Shown here one piece after another: positions 37,641-49,019 of a stretch of DNA of 64,000 nt (position 1 is the stretch's first letter; every line of letters starts with the position of its first letter). The position numbers and the translations under genes are program-made. The DNA is from Octopus bimaculoides (lineage: Eukaryota), in NCBI RefSeq assembly GCF_001194135.2, contig NC_068984.1:103470331-103534330 (forward strand). Reading direction: 5' to 3'. The notes below the pieces were generated by a model. That model had not been told where the DNA came from. It did no database searches and saw only the letters and a list, made by a program, of their open reading frames with translations.

Positions 37641-38149
37641 TATTTAATTAGTTTAGATGTACACAAATNNNNNNNNNNNNNNNNNNNNNNNNNNNNNNNN
37701 NNNNNNNNNNNNNNNNNNNNNNNNNNNNNNNNNNNNNNNNNNNNNNNNNNNNNNNNNNNNNNNNNNNNNNNNNNNNNNNNNNNNNNNNNNNNNNNNNNNN
37801 NNNNNNNNNNNNNNNNNNNNNNNNNNNNNNNNNNNNNNNNNNNNNNNNNNNNNNNNNNNNNNNNNNNNNNNNNNNNNNNNNNNNNNNNNNNNNNNNNNNN
37901 NNNNNNNNNNNNNNNNNNNNNNNNNNNNNNNNNNNNNNNNNNNNNNNNNNNNNNNNNNNNNNNNNNNNNNNNNNNNNNNNNNNNNNNNNNNNNNNNNNNN
38001 NNNNNNNNNNNNNNNNNNNNNNNNNNNNNNNNNNNNNNNNNNNNNNNNNNNNNNNNNNNNNNNNNNNNNNNNNNNNNNNNNNNNNNNNNNNNNNNNNNNN
38101 NNNNNNNNNNNNNNNNNNNNNNNNNNNNNNNNNNNNNNNNNNNNNNNNA

Positions 38150-38300
38150 TATGGGAGAATATACAAATAATAACAACAGACGAGGACAGGTGGTGTAAAT
38201 AACAAAAGTATATATTAGTATGACGCTCGGGAATACGGAAAGTCTTTGACGTTTCGAGCTACGCTCTTCAACAGAAAGAATACGGAGACAAGGAGACACA
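38150..38300 (-). mobile_element. Short PLE-type repeat, same family as 32721-32880
   Basis: The reverse complement aligns with 32730-32880, including cccgagcgt and caccac.tgtc.tcgtctgttg. Confidence 0.8.
38243..38279 (-). ncRNA. Candidate minimal type-I hammerhead ribozyme with CUGUUGA core
   Basis: tcttt-ctgttga-a-gagc-gta-gctc-gaaa-c-gtc-aaaga: perfect 5-bp stem I, 4-bp stem II, ACGT palindromic stem III, GUC triplet. Confidence 0.6.
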
Positions 38301-38774
38301 ATTGACAATCCAAAACATTATTTATATTGTAATATAACAAAATATATGCGTAAAGTCGTCCGTTAGGTTCCAAGCTCACAGCTAACGCTGGAGCTAGGGA
38401 TCCGTAGTAGGCTTCCGAGTCAGCAGGTATATATTAAAGGAAAACGAAGAGAAAACCAAGCCATATATAAGGCATATATAATCTTAATTATTTTATCTTT
38501 TTCTCTCCACCAGTCATAATTTACATTCTGCAGAAAGCCAGCTCTCATTATTGATGCAGCTAAAGGAGATAAAACAAATACCAGTAATACACTGTGAGTG
38601 GCGGTGTATCAGCAAGCACTTAGACTGCAAGTTGGAACAGAATAAAAGAATATTCAATCAATCGGAACAAAAGCAAGTTGTAACTTGTGCGGGGCTACCA
38701 TTTTTTTTTTTGTCTCTTTCATACAGACATGTTTAGTATGTTTGGACAATAGCATCATTGTAGCCCCCTAAAGT

Positions 38775-38985
38775 TGGTTAGCTGACAGAATTGTTAACGC
38801 GTCGGACAAAATGTTTTATAGCATTACTTCTGAATCTTTCAAATAATGCCGAGTTCAACTTTGCCTTTTATCTTTTCGGCCGTCGTAAAATAAAGTAGCA
38901 GTCATGAAGAACAAAGGGGGCCCATGTAATCGACTAATCTCCTTCGTGTAAAGTTACTGGTCTTCTACCAAAACTTAAAACCATC
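38775..38985 (+). mobile_element. SINE family A, degenerate
   Basis: agctgacagaattgttaacgcg...gagttcaactttgccttttatc. Confidence 0.7.
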
Positions 38986-39118
38986 ATAGAACTCTCTTGA
39001 AAACTGTTCCACTGGGACAATATTTGTACATTTCTTACGTAAATCTTCTATATTTACTGATTTACTTTCACCACAGCTTTTCTTCCTTGAATTATCTTGC
39101 ACGTACACCTTTCAACGT

Positions 39119-39409
39119 GGAGGCGCAATGGCCCAGTGGTTAGGGCAGCGGACTCGCGGTCATAGGATCGCGGTTTCGATTCCCAGACCGGGCGTTGTGA
39201 GTGTTCATTGAGCGAAAACACCTAAAGCTCCACGAGGCTCCGGCAGGGGATGGTGGCGAACCCTGCTGTACTCTTTCACCACAACTTTCTCCCACTCTTA
39301 CTTCCTGTTTCTGTTGTGCCGGTAATTCAAAGGGTCAGCCTTGTCACACTGTGTCATGCTGAATATCCTCAAGAACTACGTTAAGGGTACACGTGTCTGT
39401 GGAGTGCTC
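39119..39409 (+). mobile_element. tRNA-derived SINE with intact pol III boxes (apparently young), ending at a gap
   Basis: A box TGGCCCAGTGG (39129), B-box-like GGTTTCGATTCC (39172), CpGs retained, and a non-tRNA body of at least 200 bp. Confidence 0.8.
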
Positions 39410-41067
39410 NNNNNNNNNNNNNNNNNNNNNNNNNNNNNNNNNNNNNNNNNNNNNNNNNNNNNNNNNNNNNNNNNNNNNNNNNNNNNNNNNNNNNNNNNNN
39501 NNNNNNNNNNNNNNNNNNNNNNNNNNNNNNNNNNNNNNNNNNNNNNNNNNNNNNNNNNNNNNNNNNNNNNNNNNNNNNNNNNNNNNNNNNNNNNNNNNNN
39601 NNNNNNNNNNNNNNNNNNNNNNNNNNNNNNNNNNNNNNNNNNNNNNNNNNNNNNNNNNNNNNNNNNNNNNNNNNNNNNNNNNNNNNNNNNNNNNNNNNNN
39701 NNNNNNNNNNNNNNNNNNNNNNNNNNNNNNNNNNNNNNNNNNNNNNNNNNNNNNNNNNNNNNNNNNNNNNNNNNNNNNNNNNNNNNNNNNNNNNNNNNNN
39801 NNNNNNNNNNNNNNNNNNNGTGTGTGTGTTTCATACTCTTCGCATATTGGCTTCCATTTTACTTGTCATCAATAACCTTTTATCACTTCCTTCTCTGAAG
39901 ACTCTTTCCCAGGATTCTTTTAATGACTTTCTGCTGCATCTCTTGCTCAGCTTTGTTAGACTTAACCACATTTCCTCAAACCTAAACGCAAGAACTTCTA
40001 CACTGCAATTTGTAGCTGTTGTTAGACTTTTGTCGAATAGTTCCAGTTTAACCAAAGTTTTAATTCGTTTACAATTTTAATTGAAATCCGTCTGGCTATT
40101 TTTATTTTGACAACTTTTTTCGCCATGCTCACAGCCAAGAAATTCTGAGACTTTATTATATTCTCAATCAAAGGATTTAATTCTCTCTGAGATGCTTCCA
40201 GTTCTGCTTCTTTTGCTATGTTCTCTCTTAAATAAGCACTCGCTACTTATTTTTAGCATTACCATTCCTGGGTTGTGGATAGCTTGCTTTATAGTGTTAC
40301 TAGTTATTTGTAGCTTTGAGTGCTTTACCTGCGAGAATTTAGATCGATAATGTTACAGGCTAATGGCTGTCTTCACACTTCTGGATCCTTATAATATTAT
40401 TAGTTACTTATGGCTCAAAGTGTCTTACCTGGAAGAATGTACGGCTAATGGTTGTCCTGACACCTCTATAACTTCTAGTGATAATATGATCAGTACATAC
40501 TTGAAACAAAATCCCTCAAGTCAGGCTGCCTTCTTGCAGGAATCGCCGTTTAATTGAAATCTAGTAGCTCATTTGTTTTCCCGTCGGCAAACACTTCTAT
40601 TATTTTTCTTATCAAACTATTTGCTCTGGTAAGCCTACACATACGATTCAGCGATGATATACTTTATCATATTTCATTAACATGGAAAAATACAGTGGAT
40701 GTCAGTGATAGTGTTTGATATCATCACCGAATTTATCTATTAACAATTGGTCAACCCTACTAGTTATTGTGGCTCTACATGGCTCATATGGATATATGTC
40801 ATTCTAATCTTCATGGACCACCATACCCTGAATTAATTTTATTCTAAAAACCTTTCACGATGAACTTAAGCAAACGATTGGCTTGCAATGATGTTCCTCG
40901 TTCGCTTTTTTCCTGACTTAGAAATAAGAGAGTTTGAATTAGAGATATTTAATTTGACGTATTAGATGCATTTAAACCTTGTTCCTGCGTTACAGGATAG
41001 CAATGTGTTTTGTAATGCAAAAATTTAAATTCTTCGGCCAATATTTTTTAAATAACTAAATACCCGA

Positions 41068-41285
41068 AGGTGGTGAGCTGGCAGAATCGTTAACATACCG
41101 AACAAAAATGCTTAGAAACATTTTGTTCGTCTTTATATTCTAAGTTCGAATTCAACCGGGGTCGACTTTGCCTTTCATCCTTTTGAGGTCGATAAAATAA
41201 GTACCAGTTGAATGCTGGGGTCGATGTGATCAACTTAACCCCTACCCCCAAACTTGCTAGCCTTGTGCCAACATTTGAAACCTAT
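41068..41285 (+). mobile_element. SINE family A
   Basis: aaggtggtgagctggcagaatcgttaac...gtcgactttgcctttcatcc...ccttgtgccaacatttgaaac. Confidence 0.85.
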
Positions 41286-41817
41286 GTTTTTAAATACCTT
41301 CTACACCAGATATACATAAAATTTTTCCTTATTCTTAAAGTCGCTTAAATGTCTTCTCTGCAAATCATAAAGGCTTCCTAGATATCTTACTTAGTATCCT
41401 AAATCAGCGAGTTTACAGTTTATGTGTTTTGTTTGTCTTTTATTCTCACACCCATATTTTCTGTTCTGACAATCTATATTCTGTCCTTGCAATTGTTTTT
41501 CCCCATCACAACATCCATATTTATTATTTACTGTTCAATTCCTATTAAATTAATTAAATCTTGTATACCTCCTGTGTCTTAAGAGTGGTGTCCTACTATC
41601 CAAATAGCACATAATTGAATGATTTTTGTCTATTTTGTTTTAATTAGAACTAACCCTTGATTCAATTCCTTTGGAGAACTATTTTTGAAATAACTTAATT
41701 TGTAATACGAAAGAATCCCTCAACAAGTTTTTTTCTCTTCTTCAACCCTGTGGTCATTTGTTCACTTGATACTGTGCCGAGTGTTTTCTCGCTAGTGTAT
41801 CTTCGCTTATGTACTAC

Positions 41818-42025
41818 ATTGGCGGAATCATTAGAATGTCGGGAAAAATGCCTTGATATGTGTTCCGACTCTTTATGTTCTGAGTTCAAATCCTGCTGGG
41901 GTCAACTTTGGCTCGCCTCCTTACATGGGTCGATAAAACAAAGTACCAGTCAAAGTACCGGTCCATGTAAGTGACTAACCTCTACCCCTTAAAATCGCTG
42001 GCGTTGAGCCTAAATTAGAAACTAT
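41818..42025 (+). mobile_element. SINE family A
   Basis: ttggcggaatcattag...tgagttcaaatcc...ggtcgataaaacaagtaccag. Confidence 0.75.
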
Positions 42026-43674
42026 TATCATTGTTGTTGCTGTCATTGTGGTCATCGATGTAGTTGTTGTTGTTGGGAAGGTTTTGAGATGGGTGTGGTG
42101 ATGGGAGTGTGGTGGGGGTTGTGTTGAGGGCGTTGGAGGGTAGACTTTATGAAGTGGAACTCGATGACATATGGAGTGGTGGTCTGTTTTCATATCCCCA
42201 ACTTCCCTAGCTAATTACTTTTGGAATACAATGAAAGGAGCCTTGTTTCTAGAATATACCCAACTTTAAGAGAGCACATCACCAAGAAATGGACAATTAC
42301 AATTTAGTGTCTGCTTAGAGCTTCATCATGCTCGGTTTACCTGCCAGACATTCCCCTAATTTAGTCTAGAACCTTGTCATCAATACATTTTGATCGAAAT
42401 ATAATGCTTTGACAAACATCGATGTTTTTTTAGTTGTCTTTTTTGGTTTTGGTTTGTTCAGCCCCAAGTCAGTTCTTTGGGAGCAGATTTATATTAACTA
42501 ATGTTTCCTTCCCTTTTAAGAGGGTAAGGTGACATTTGAGAGAGATATGACAGCTATTTCTAGCATTTCTACTGATCGGATAGACATTCCCACTATATTT
42601 TGTCTGTTACTTTTTGAAGGACCTGAAGAATGAAAGCAAATGCAGTTAAGTCTGTGTTTCTAATAAGACCGAAACATGTCTAAAGTTATCTCCCCTGCTT
42701 GCCGAAATAATTAAAATAATATTGTTGTATTTACTAATATTTTATTTTTGTCATCTCATAATTATTTCTGATTATGTGATTAACTGTTCTAGATATTGTA
42801 TTTGTTAACGCTAACTTAACTATAGAATATCATGGTTTCGAGTTGCAAATATAACATCTTGCGACACTGTTATTTATTTTTGGCAGGACCCCAAGAATGA
42901 CGATGCACTTGGACTGAAAAGGAAAAATCTACCTTAAGTACTGTAAGCCTCTAGATAATCGCCCCGCCAGCTAGAAACAAACAGATGAGTCTCACAGATG
43001 AAACTCTACTGCCTTAGATAAAGAAGGCAGGATATACTGGAGCTGGTTGTAGTCTCTAATAGAAGAGCTGGAATTGCTTTGATCACCAGGTGTGCGCAAT
43101 CAGAGCTGACATCGACGACAATAACAACAACAATAACCGTAACAGCAACAAGCCCCTGCTTTAAATATTTCGACTGCATTCGTGTAATTTAATCTTCAGT
43201 CGAGTGATTCAGTAACACATTCGCTTGGCTTTCTATATTTTTGATGTTGTTACTGATGTAATAAATAGATAAAGCTTTGAAGGGAGAGGGACGATAGGGA
43301 GAAGAGGTAAAGTAAGAGTGAGAGCGTGTAAATAATGTGAGTGAGAAAAAGAAGGGGGAGAGAGAGGGAGAGAGAGGGATATAGACAGAGAATGAGGTTA
43401 GGTAAGGAGACGTTTGCTAAGTGACATGTAAAGCAAGCATGAAGTTATTGCTATTGTTGTTGTATCCGTTTCTGCTGTCGTTTAGACTCAGGCCAACCCT
43501 CTCAGGCAGATCTAAGATTAAAAGGCATTCCAAACATGACCATACCATCTTACTAGGAGAGATATGTGTAGGACTATTATTTGATGTGTCTATTCTTTAA
43601 GACTGAAGAGTGTAGTATAAATGAGATGGCAATTGATTGCTGTTTCTGGCAGATCGAGTGTTCACTGACTGTTG

Positions 43675-44025
43675 GGTCAGTCGTTATTTTGGCAGGCATT
43701 TATTGAGGTCAGATATTCTGGTAGGCTATTATGAGGTCAGTTATTTGGTGGTAATTTATTGAGGTCGTTTATTTTGGTTGGAATTAATTGAGGTCAGTTA
43801 TTTTGGTGGGAACTAACTGAGATCGGTTGTGTTGGTGGGAATGAATTGAGGCCAGTAATTTTGGTGGGAATTAATTGAGGTCAGTTATTTTCGGTGAGAA
43901 TTGAGGCCGGTTATTTTATCACGAATTAATCTTATTGCGAATTGATTTTATTGCGAATTAATAGTCATTTTGGTGCGAATTAATTGAAGACAGTTATTAG
44001 GGTGCGAATGAATTGAGGTTAATTG
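43675..44025 (+). repeat. Degenerate minisatellite, about 30-32-bp unit (ttgaggtcagttattttggtgggaattaa), about 11 copies
   Basis: gaggtcagttattt/ggtgggaattaattg recurs at regular spacing. Confidence 0.85.
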
Positions 44026-44312
44026 TCAAAGACAAGGTGGAAACGTTTAATATAGAGAGGCCAACAGGACAGAGAGAAAGAAACCAACCGAGAGAAAGAG
44101 ACAGGCCGAGAGAAAGAGACAGACAAAGAATCAGAGAGAGACAGAGAAACTGAAGAAATTTAAGAAACTGATGAAACTGGGGAAACTGTCGACAAAAACA
44201 TAATAGACAGAGAGAGAAAGAAGAAAAGCATATGTATATGTATATGTAAACGCACACATACACACACATACAAACACACACACGCACACACACACGCACG
44301 CACACATTTATA

Positions 44313-44540
44313 TATTATTCTTTAACAAGAATAGTATTGACGGTGACTTCGACGTTTCGGCCAGATGAGCTATCATCGGTCAGTCTGATGATAGGTTAGC
44401 TGGCCGAAACTTCGAAGTCACTGTCAGTATTATTACAGAATAATAAATTCGTACTCTACAAAATGTATGGAGTAACCCTTCAGATTCATATAAAATTGTT
44501 TTTTTTACTATAACTGAACATGAAAACAAACATTGGTGTG
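44313..44540 (+). mobile_element. PLE-type repeat with an inverted 5' duplication (44313-44380 vs 44385-44447) and (TG)n tail
   Basis: The left arm is the reverse complement of the right arm around tcagt. Same family as 4194-4345. Confidence 0.75.
44381..44423 (+). ncRNA. Candidate type-I hammerhead ribozyme with canonical CUGAUGA core
   Basis: cagt-ctgatga-taggttagctggcc-gaaa-cttcgaa-gtc-actg: stem I cagt/actg, palindromic stem III ACTTCGAAGT, GUC triplet. Stem II is imperfect. Confidence 0.6.
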
Positions 44541-44563
44541 TGTGTGTGTGTATGTGTGTGTGT

Positions 44564-44612
<49 letters not shown>

Positions 44613-45184
44613 GATGTAAGTATGTTCATATACGTATATATATATGNNNNNNNNNNNNNNNNNNNNNNNNNNNNNNNNNNNNNNNNNNNNNNNNNNNNNN
44701 NNNNNNNNNNNNNNNNNNNNNNNNNNNNNNNNNNNNNNNNNNNNNNNNNNNNNNNNNNNNNNNNNNNNNNNNNNNNNNNNNNNNNNNNNNNNNNNNNNNN
44801 NNNNNNNNNNNNNNNNNNNNNNNNNNNNNNNNNNNNNNNNNNNNNNNNNNNNNNNNNNNNNNNNNNNNNNNNNNNNNNNNNNNNNNNNNNNNNNNNNNNN
44901 NNNNNNNNNNNNNNNNNNNNNNNNNNNNNNNNNNNNNNNNNNNNNNNNNNNNNNNNNNNNNNNNNNNNNNNNNNNNNNNNNNNNNNNNNNNNNNNNNNNN
45001 NNNNNNNNNNNNNNNNNNNNNNNNNNNNNNNNNNNNNNNNNNNNNNNNNNNNNNNNNNNNNNNNNNNNNNNNNNNNNNNNNNNNNNNNNNNNNNNNNNNN
45101 NNNNNNNNNNNNNNNNNNNNNNNNNNNNNNNNNNNNNNNNNNNNNNNNNNNNNNNNNNNNNNNNNNNNNNNNNNNNNNNNNNNA

Positions 45185-45425
45185 CAGAAGCTGAAAGAAA
45201 CCCGTCGTATGTGCGCGTGTGTGTGTGTGTGTGTGTGTGTGTATTCCCCCCACCATCGCTTAGCGACCTAAGTTGGGGTGTTTATGTCCCCGTAACTTAG
45301 CGGTTCGGCAAAAGACTCAGATAGAAGTACTAGGCTGACAAAGAATAAGTCTTGGAGTTAATTTGTTCGACTAAAAGCGGTGCACCAGCATGGCTGCAGT
45401 CAAATGACTGAAACAAGTAAAGGAG
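45185..45425 (+). mobile_element. SINE family B, 3' half
   Basis: gaaactgaaagaa-like start, internal (TG)n, cccgtaacttagcggttcggcaaa and the family 3' end. Confidence 0.9.
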
Positions 45426-45447
45426 TAATGTGTGTGTGTGTGTATCT

Positions 45448-45492
<45 letters not shown>

Positions 45493-45516
45493 TATATATA
45501 TGTATGTATGTATATA

Positions 45517-45730
45517 CAGTGACCTGGCAGGATCGTTAGCATGCCGGACAACACGCATGGCGGTATTTCGTCCGTTTTTATGTTCGGAGTTCAAATTCCA
45601 CCAAGGTTGACTTTGCTTTTCATCCTTTCGGGATAGATAAAAATAAGTGCCAGTTGAACACTGGGGTCGAAGTAATCAGCTTGACACCACCTTCGAAATT
45701 TCTGGCCTCGTGCCTAAATTTGAAACCAAT
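45517..45730 (+). mobile_element. SINE family A
   Basis: gacctggcaggatcgttagc...gttgactttgcttttcatcctttcggg. Confidence 0.85.
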
Positions 45731-46015
45731 ATACGTATATTCATATAATGTATACTGAATGCTCAGTGTTCTAAAGTAGAGCAAAAATTGTGTGTGCGCG
45801 CGCGCGCGTTTTTGCGTGCGTGCATGCGTGTGCGCATGTGAGAGTGCGTGTACAAGACATATTTAAGAAGTTTGGATTATTCAATGTTCAAATAAATAGT
45901 TGATTGGAATTCTGATAGAATATAAATGACGAAGGTAGCATGCAATGAAACCAAACCAGACGAAAACTGGTTATCACACATCCATGCTCTTTCTCTGTCT
46001 GTCTCCTTCCCACTT

Positions 46016-46046
<31 letters not shown>

Positions 46047-46629
46047 CTCTCNNNNNNNNNNNNNNNNNNNNNNNNNNNNNNNNNNNNNNNNNNNNNNNNN
46101 NNNNNNNNNNNNNNNNNNNNNNNNNNNNNNNNNNNNNNNNNNNNNNNNNNNNNNNNNNNNNNNNNNNNNNNNNNNNNNNNNNNNNNNNNNNNNNNNNNNN
46201 NNNNNNNNNNNNNNNNNNNNNNNNNNNNNNNNNNNNNNNNNNNNNNNNNNNNNNNNNNNNNNNNNNNNNNNNNNNNNNNNNNNNNNNNNNNNNNNNNNNN
46301 NNNNNNNNNNNNNNNNNNNNNNNNNNNNNNNNNNNNNNNNNNNNNNNNNNNNNNNNNNNNNNNNNNNNNNNNNNNNNNNNNNNNNNNNNNNNNNNNNNNN
46401 NNNNNNNNNNNNNNNNNNNNNNNNNNNNNNNNNNNNNNNNNNNNNNNNNNNNNNNNNNNNNNNNNNNNNNNNNNNNNNNNNNNNNNNNNNNNNNNNNNNN
46501 NNNNNNNNNNNNNNNNNNNNNNNNNNNNNNNNNNNNNNNNNNNNNNNNNNNNNNNNNNNNNNNNNNNNNNNNNNNNNNNCATATATGTGTGTGTGTGTTT
46601 GTGTGCCTGCGTGTGTGTGCCTGTGTGTA

Positions 46630-47369
46630 CAGGGTGATTGAAAAGTAACTCCCTATTTTAAAATATTTACAATTTATTTATTAACTATAATTTTTTCCTC
46701 AAATTTGTCGTGTATATTCTTTAATGTATAGGAATTGATTCTATGTTGTTGTATTTTTTTTTTTTTTGCAGATCGATTATCTTGTTAGAAATTTAGAAGC
46801 CCTACAAATATGGCTCGACATCTTACTGTGCAGGAGCGTGCCCAGCTAGCGGCACGTTACGAAATTTGGAGACCAGTTGTTCAAACGCAAAGATGGTGGA
46901 GGACCATTAGAAGAAGACATGCACAAGTTGATGCAAAGACGATCAAGAATTGTCATGCAAGACTCATGACTACAGGATCTGTAGCTGATGCTCGAAGAAG
47001 CGTTCGGCCTTCCAATTCGTCGAGGTCCGCATGATTGGCCGGCCAAAAGCCCTGAATTGACACCCTGTGACTTTTTTCTTTGTTGTTGGTTAAAGGAGCA
47101 AGTCTACCAAACCAACGACTCTAGAAGAATTTAAAGGGCGAATACGAGAAGTTATATCTTCCATCCCATAAGAGTTCCTGATGAAATCAGTTGATGCAGT
47201 TCCTGGGTGGCTTGAGAAGCTGGTGGCGAATGCTGGTGCCTGTATCGAATTTTAAATAAAACTCCATGCTATACGCTTTCTTCACATATTCATTATTTTC
47301 TAAAAATTATAGTAAACAAAAAAAAATTATAAGTATTTTAAAATGGAGAGTTACTTTTCAATCACCCTG
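46630..47369 (+). mobile_element. Internally deleted Tc1/mariner element (rosa/DD41D-like) with TIRs and TA target duplication
   Basis: TIR cagggtgattgaaaagtaactc / gagttacttttcaatcaccctg, TA on both sides. N-terminus MARHLTVQERAQLAARYEIW...TGSVADARRS is joined to the C-terminal HDWPAKSPELTPCDFFL..WLKEQVY. Confidence 0.9.
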
Positions 47370-47392
47370 TATATCTATATATATGTGTGTGT

Positions 47393-47455
<63 letters not shown>

Positions 47456-47469
47456 TGTGTGTATGTATA

Positions 47470-47880
47470 TTTAAGGAAGAATGTAAAGATCGAGAAGGTG
47501 AATGACAAGGACCTTTTCATGTGCACAGTCTGTGACAGACCATGCCTGTCTTTGGCTGGCCTTCTCACCTGCGAACCCATGGAAAACAAACTTCAACCAA
47601 CTATTCTGACTATATGTCTGTGCACACGTTTGAATGTAGTGTATGCCAGAAGGCTTGCAAATCCAATGGGGGTCTTAAAAGACATATTAGGATCCACAAT
47701 GAGCAGAACTTATCTGCAAGTATTGGTAGTTCAAATCAGAGGTGCAATCTGTGTGGGTGTTGTTTCAGAACATTGGTTTAAAAAGCCACATCAGACGCCA
47801 TGAAGGGGCTAAGCTGTAGGTACAGGAGGTGGTCAAACTCTGTGTAAGGAGTAGACAACCACCATGTATGTATGTAAATG
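47470..47880 (+). mobile_element. 3' end of an RTE-type LINE with three C2H2 zinc fingers and (TGTA)n tail
   Basis: CTVCDRPCLSLAG/SHLRTH; CSVCQKACKSNGGLKRHIRIH; CNLCGCCFRTL/GLKSHIRRH; stop at 47817-47819; a 40-50-bp UTR, then tgtatgtatg. There are no TGEKP linkers. Confidence 0.7.
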
Positions 47881-48424
47881 CGAATCAGTTTTGCTTTGTT
47901 CCTAGGTTTGTATGCAAAACTGTTGTTACACAACCTAGTGCACATATGAGAATAGGTACATATGAAAATTTGTATTCTGGATATCAGAGTTGTAAGTTTC
48001 TAATTAGATGTTTTCCTTTTCTCCAGTTTTTAACGAAACAATCACATCTACCTGGCAGCTAACCTCTACAATAGTACCTGATTTTCGTTCCCTTCCCCAG
48101 AGAATATTTGGCCGATTGTGTTTTCGCTGGATTATTGTTTTTATTGGAATGTTCCACTGGTATTCTTTATTTTTAAAGGTACAGATACATTTTACTCCTG
48201 ATATGCCTTTGGTATGCTCATCAGAGAAATTCTTCCTGTGTATAGCAATGTAGTTTGTCTTAGCAACAATATCAAGTCTCTTGGGAAGATGGTGTCTTGC
48301 GGACATTTTGGGATAGCTACTGGTATGAATGGAATTCTATTGCTATAAATTAAAAAAAAAAGGCAAGATATACTGGAGCTAGTATAGTCTCTAATTGAAG
48401 AGGTAGTACTGCTTTGATCACCGT

Positions 48425-48793
48425 ATTCTTTTATTCTTTTATTCTTTAACTTGTTTCAGTCATTTGACGGTGGCCATACTGGAGCATCGCCTTAAAGAGT
48501 TTTAGTCAAAGAACTCGACCCCAGGACTTATTCTTTGTAAGCCTAGTACTTATTCTATCAATCTCTTTTGCCGAACCGTTAAGTTACGGGAACGTAAACA
48601 CACAAACATCGGTTGTCAAGCGATGGTGGGAGGACAAATACAGACACAAAGACACACATAAATATATATACATATATATACGACGGGCTTCTTTCAGTTT
48701 CCACTCACAAGGCTAACCAAATCTACTCACAAGGCTTTGGTCGGCCCGAGGCTATACTAGAAGATACTTGCCCAAGGTGCCACGCAGTGAGAC
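48425..48793 (-). mobile_element. SINE family B lacking its head
   Basis: All family B motifs are present, including cttgcccaaggtgccacgcagtg. Confidence 0.9.
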
Positions 48794-48795
48794 TA

Positions 48796-48991
48796 AGAGG
48801 GTGGGCTGAAAATCTTATAAGTGACTATGAAGGAATGATGCTAGAGCTGTGAAATCTTGCATGCATTAATTTCCACATTAGAAAGAAACAATGAAATTAT
48901 TAATAAGAAATTAATGAAATTAATGCATGCAAGATTTTACAGCTCTAGCATCACTCCATAGTCAGCCATTGAACTTTTCAGTCCACCTTTG
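48796..48991. mobile_element. Palindromic mariner-derived MITE (196 bp, TA-flanked)
   Basis: gagggtgggctgaaaa...ctgtgaaatcttgcatgcattaatttc and its reverse complement. It shares ctgtgaaatcttgcatgca with the 5' end of the mariner at about 56900. Confidence 0.85.
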
Positions 48992-49019
48992 TATGGTACA
49001 ACCGACGTTTTCTATCACA

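Noticed and set aside
47542-47781. Host C2H2 zinc-finger gene exon
   Set aside because: It is frameshifted in fingers 1 and 3, has no TGEKP linkers or splice sites, and ends in a retroelement-type tail.
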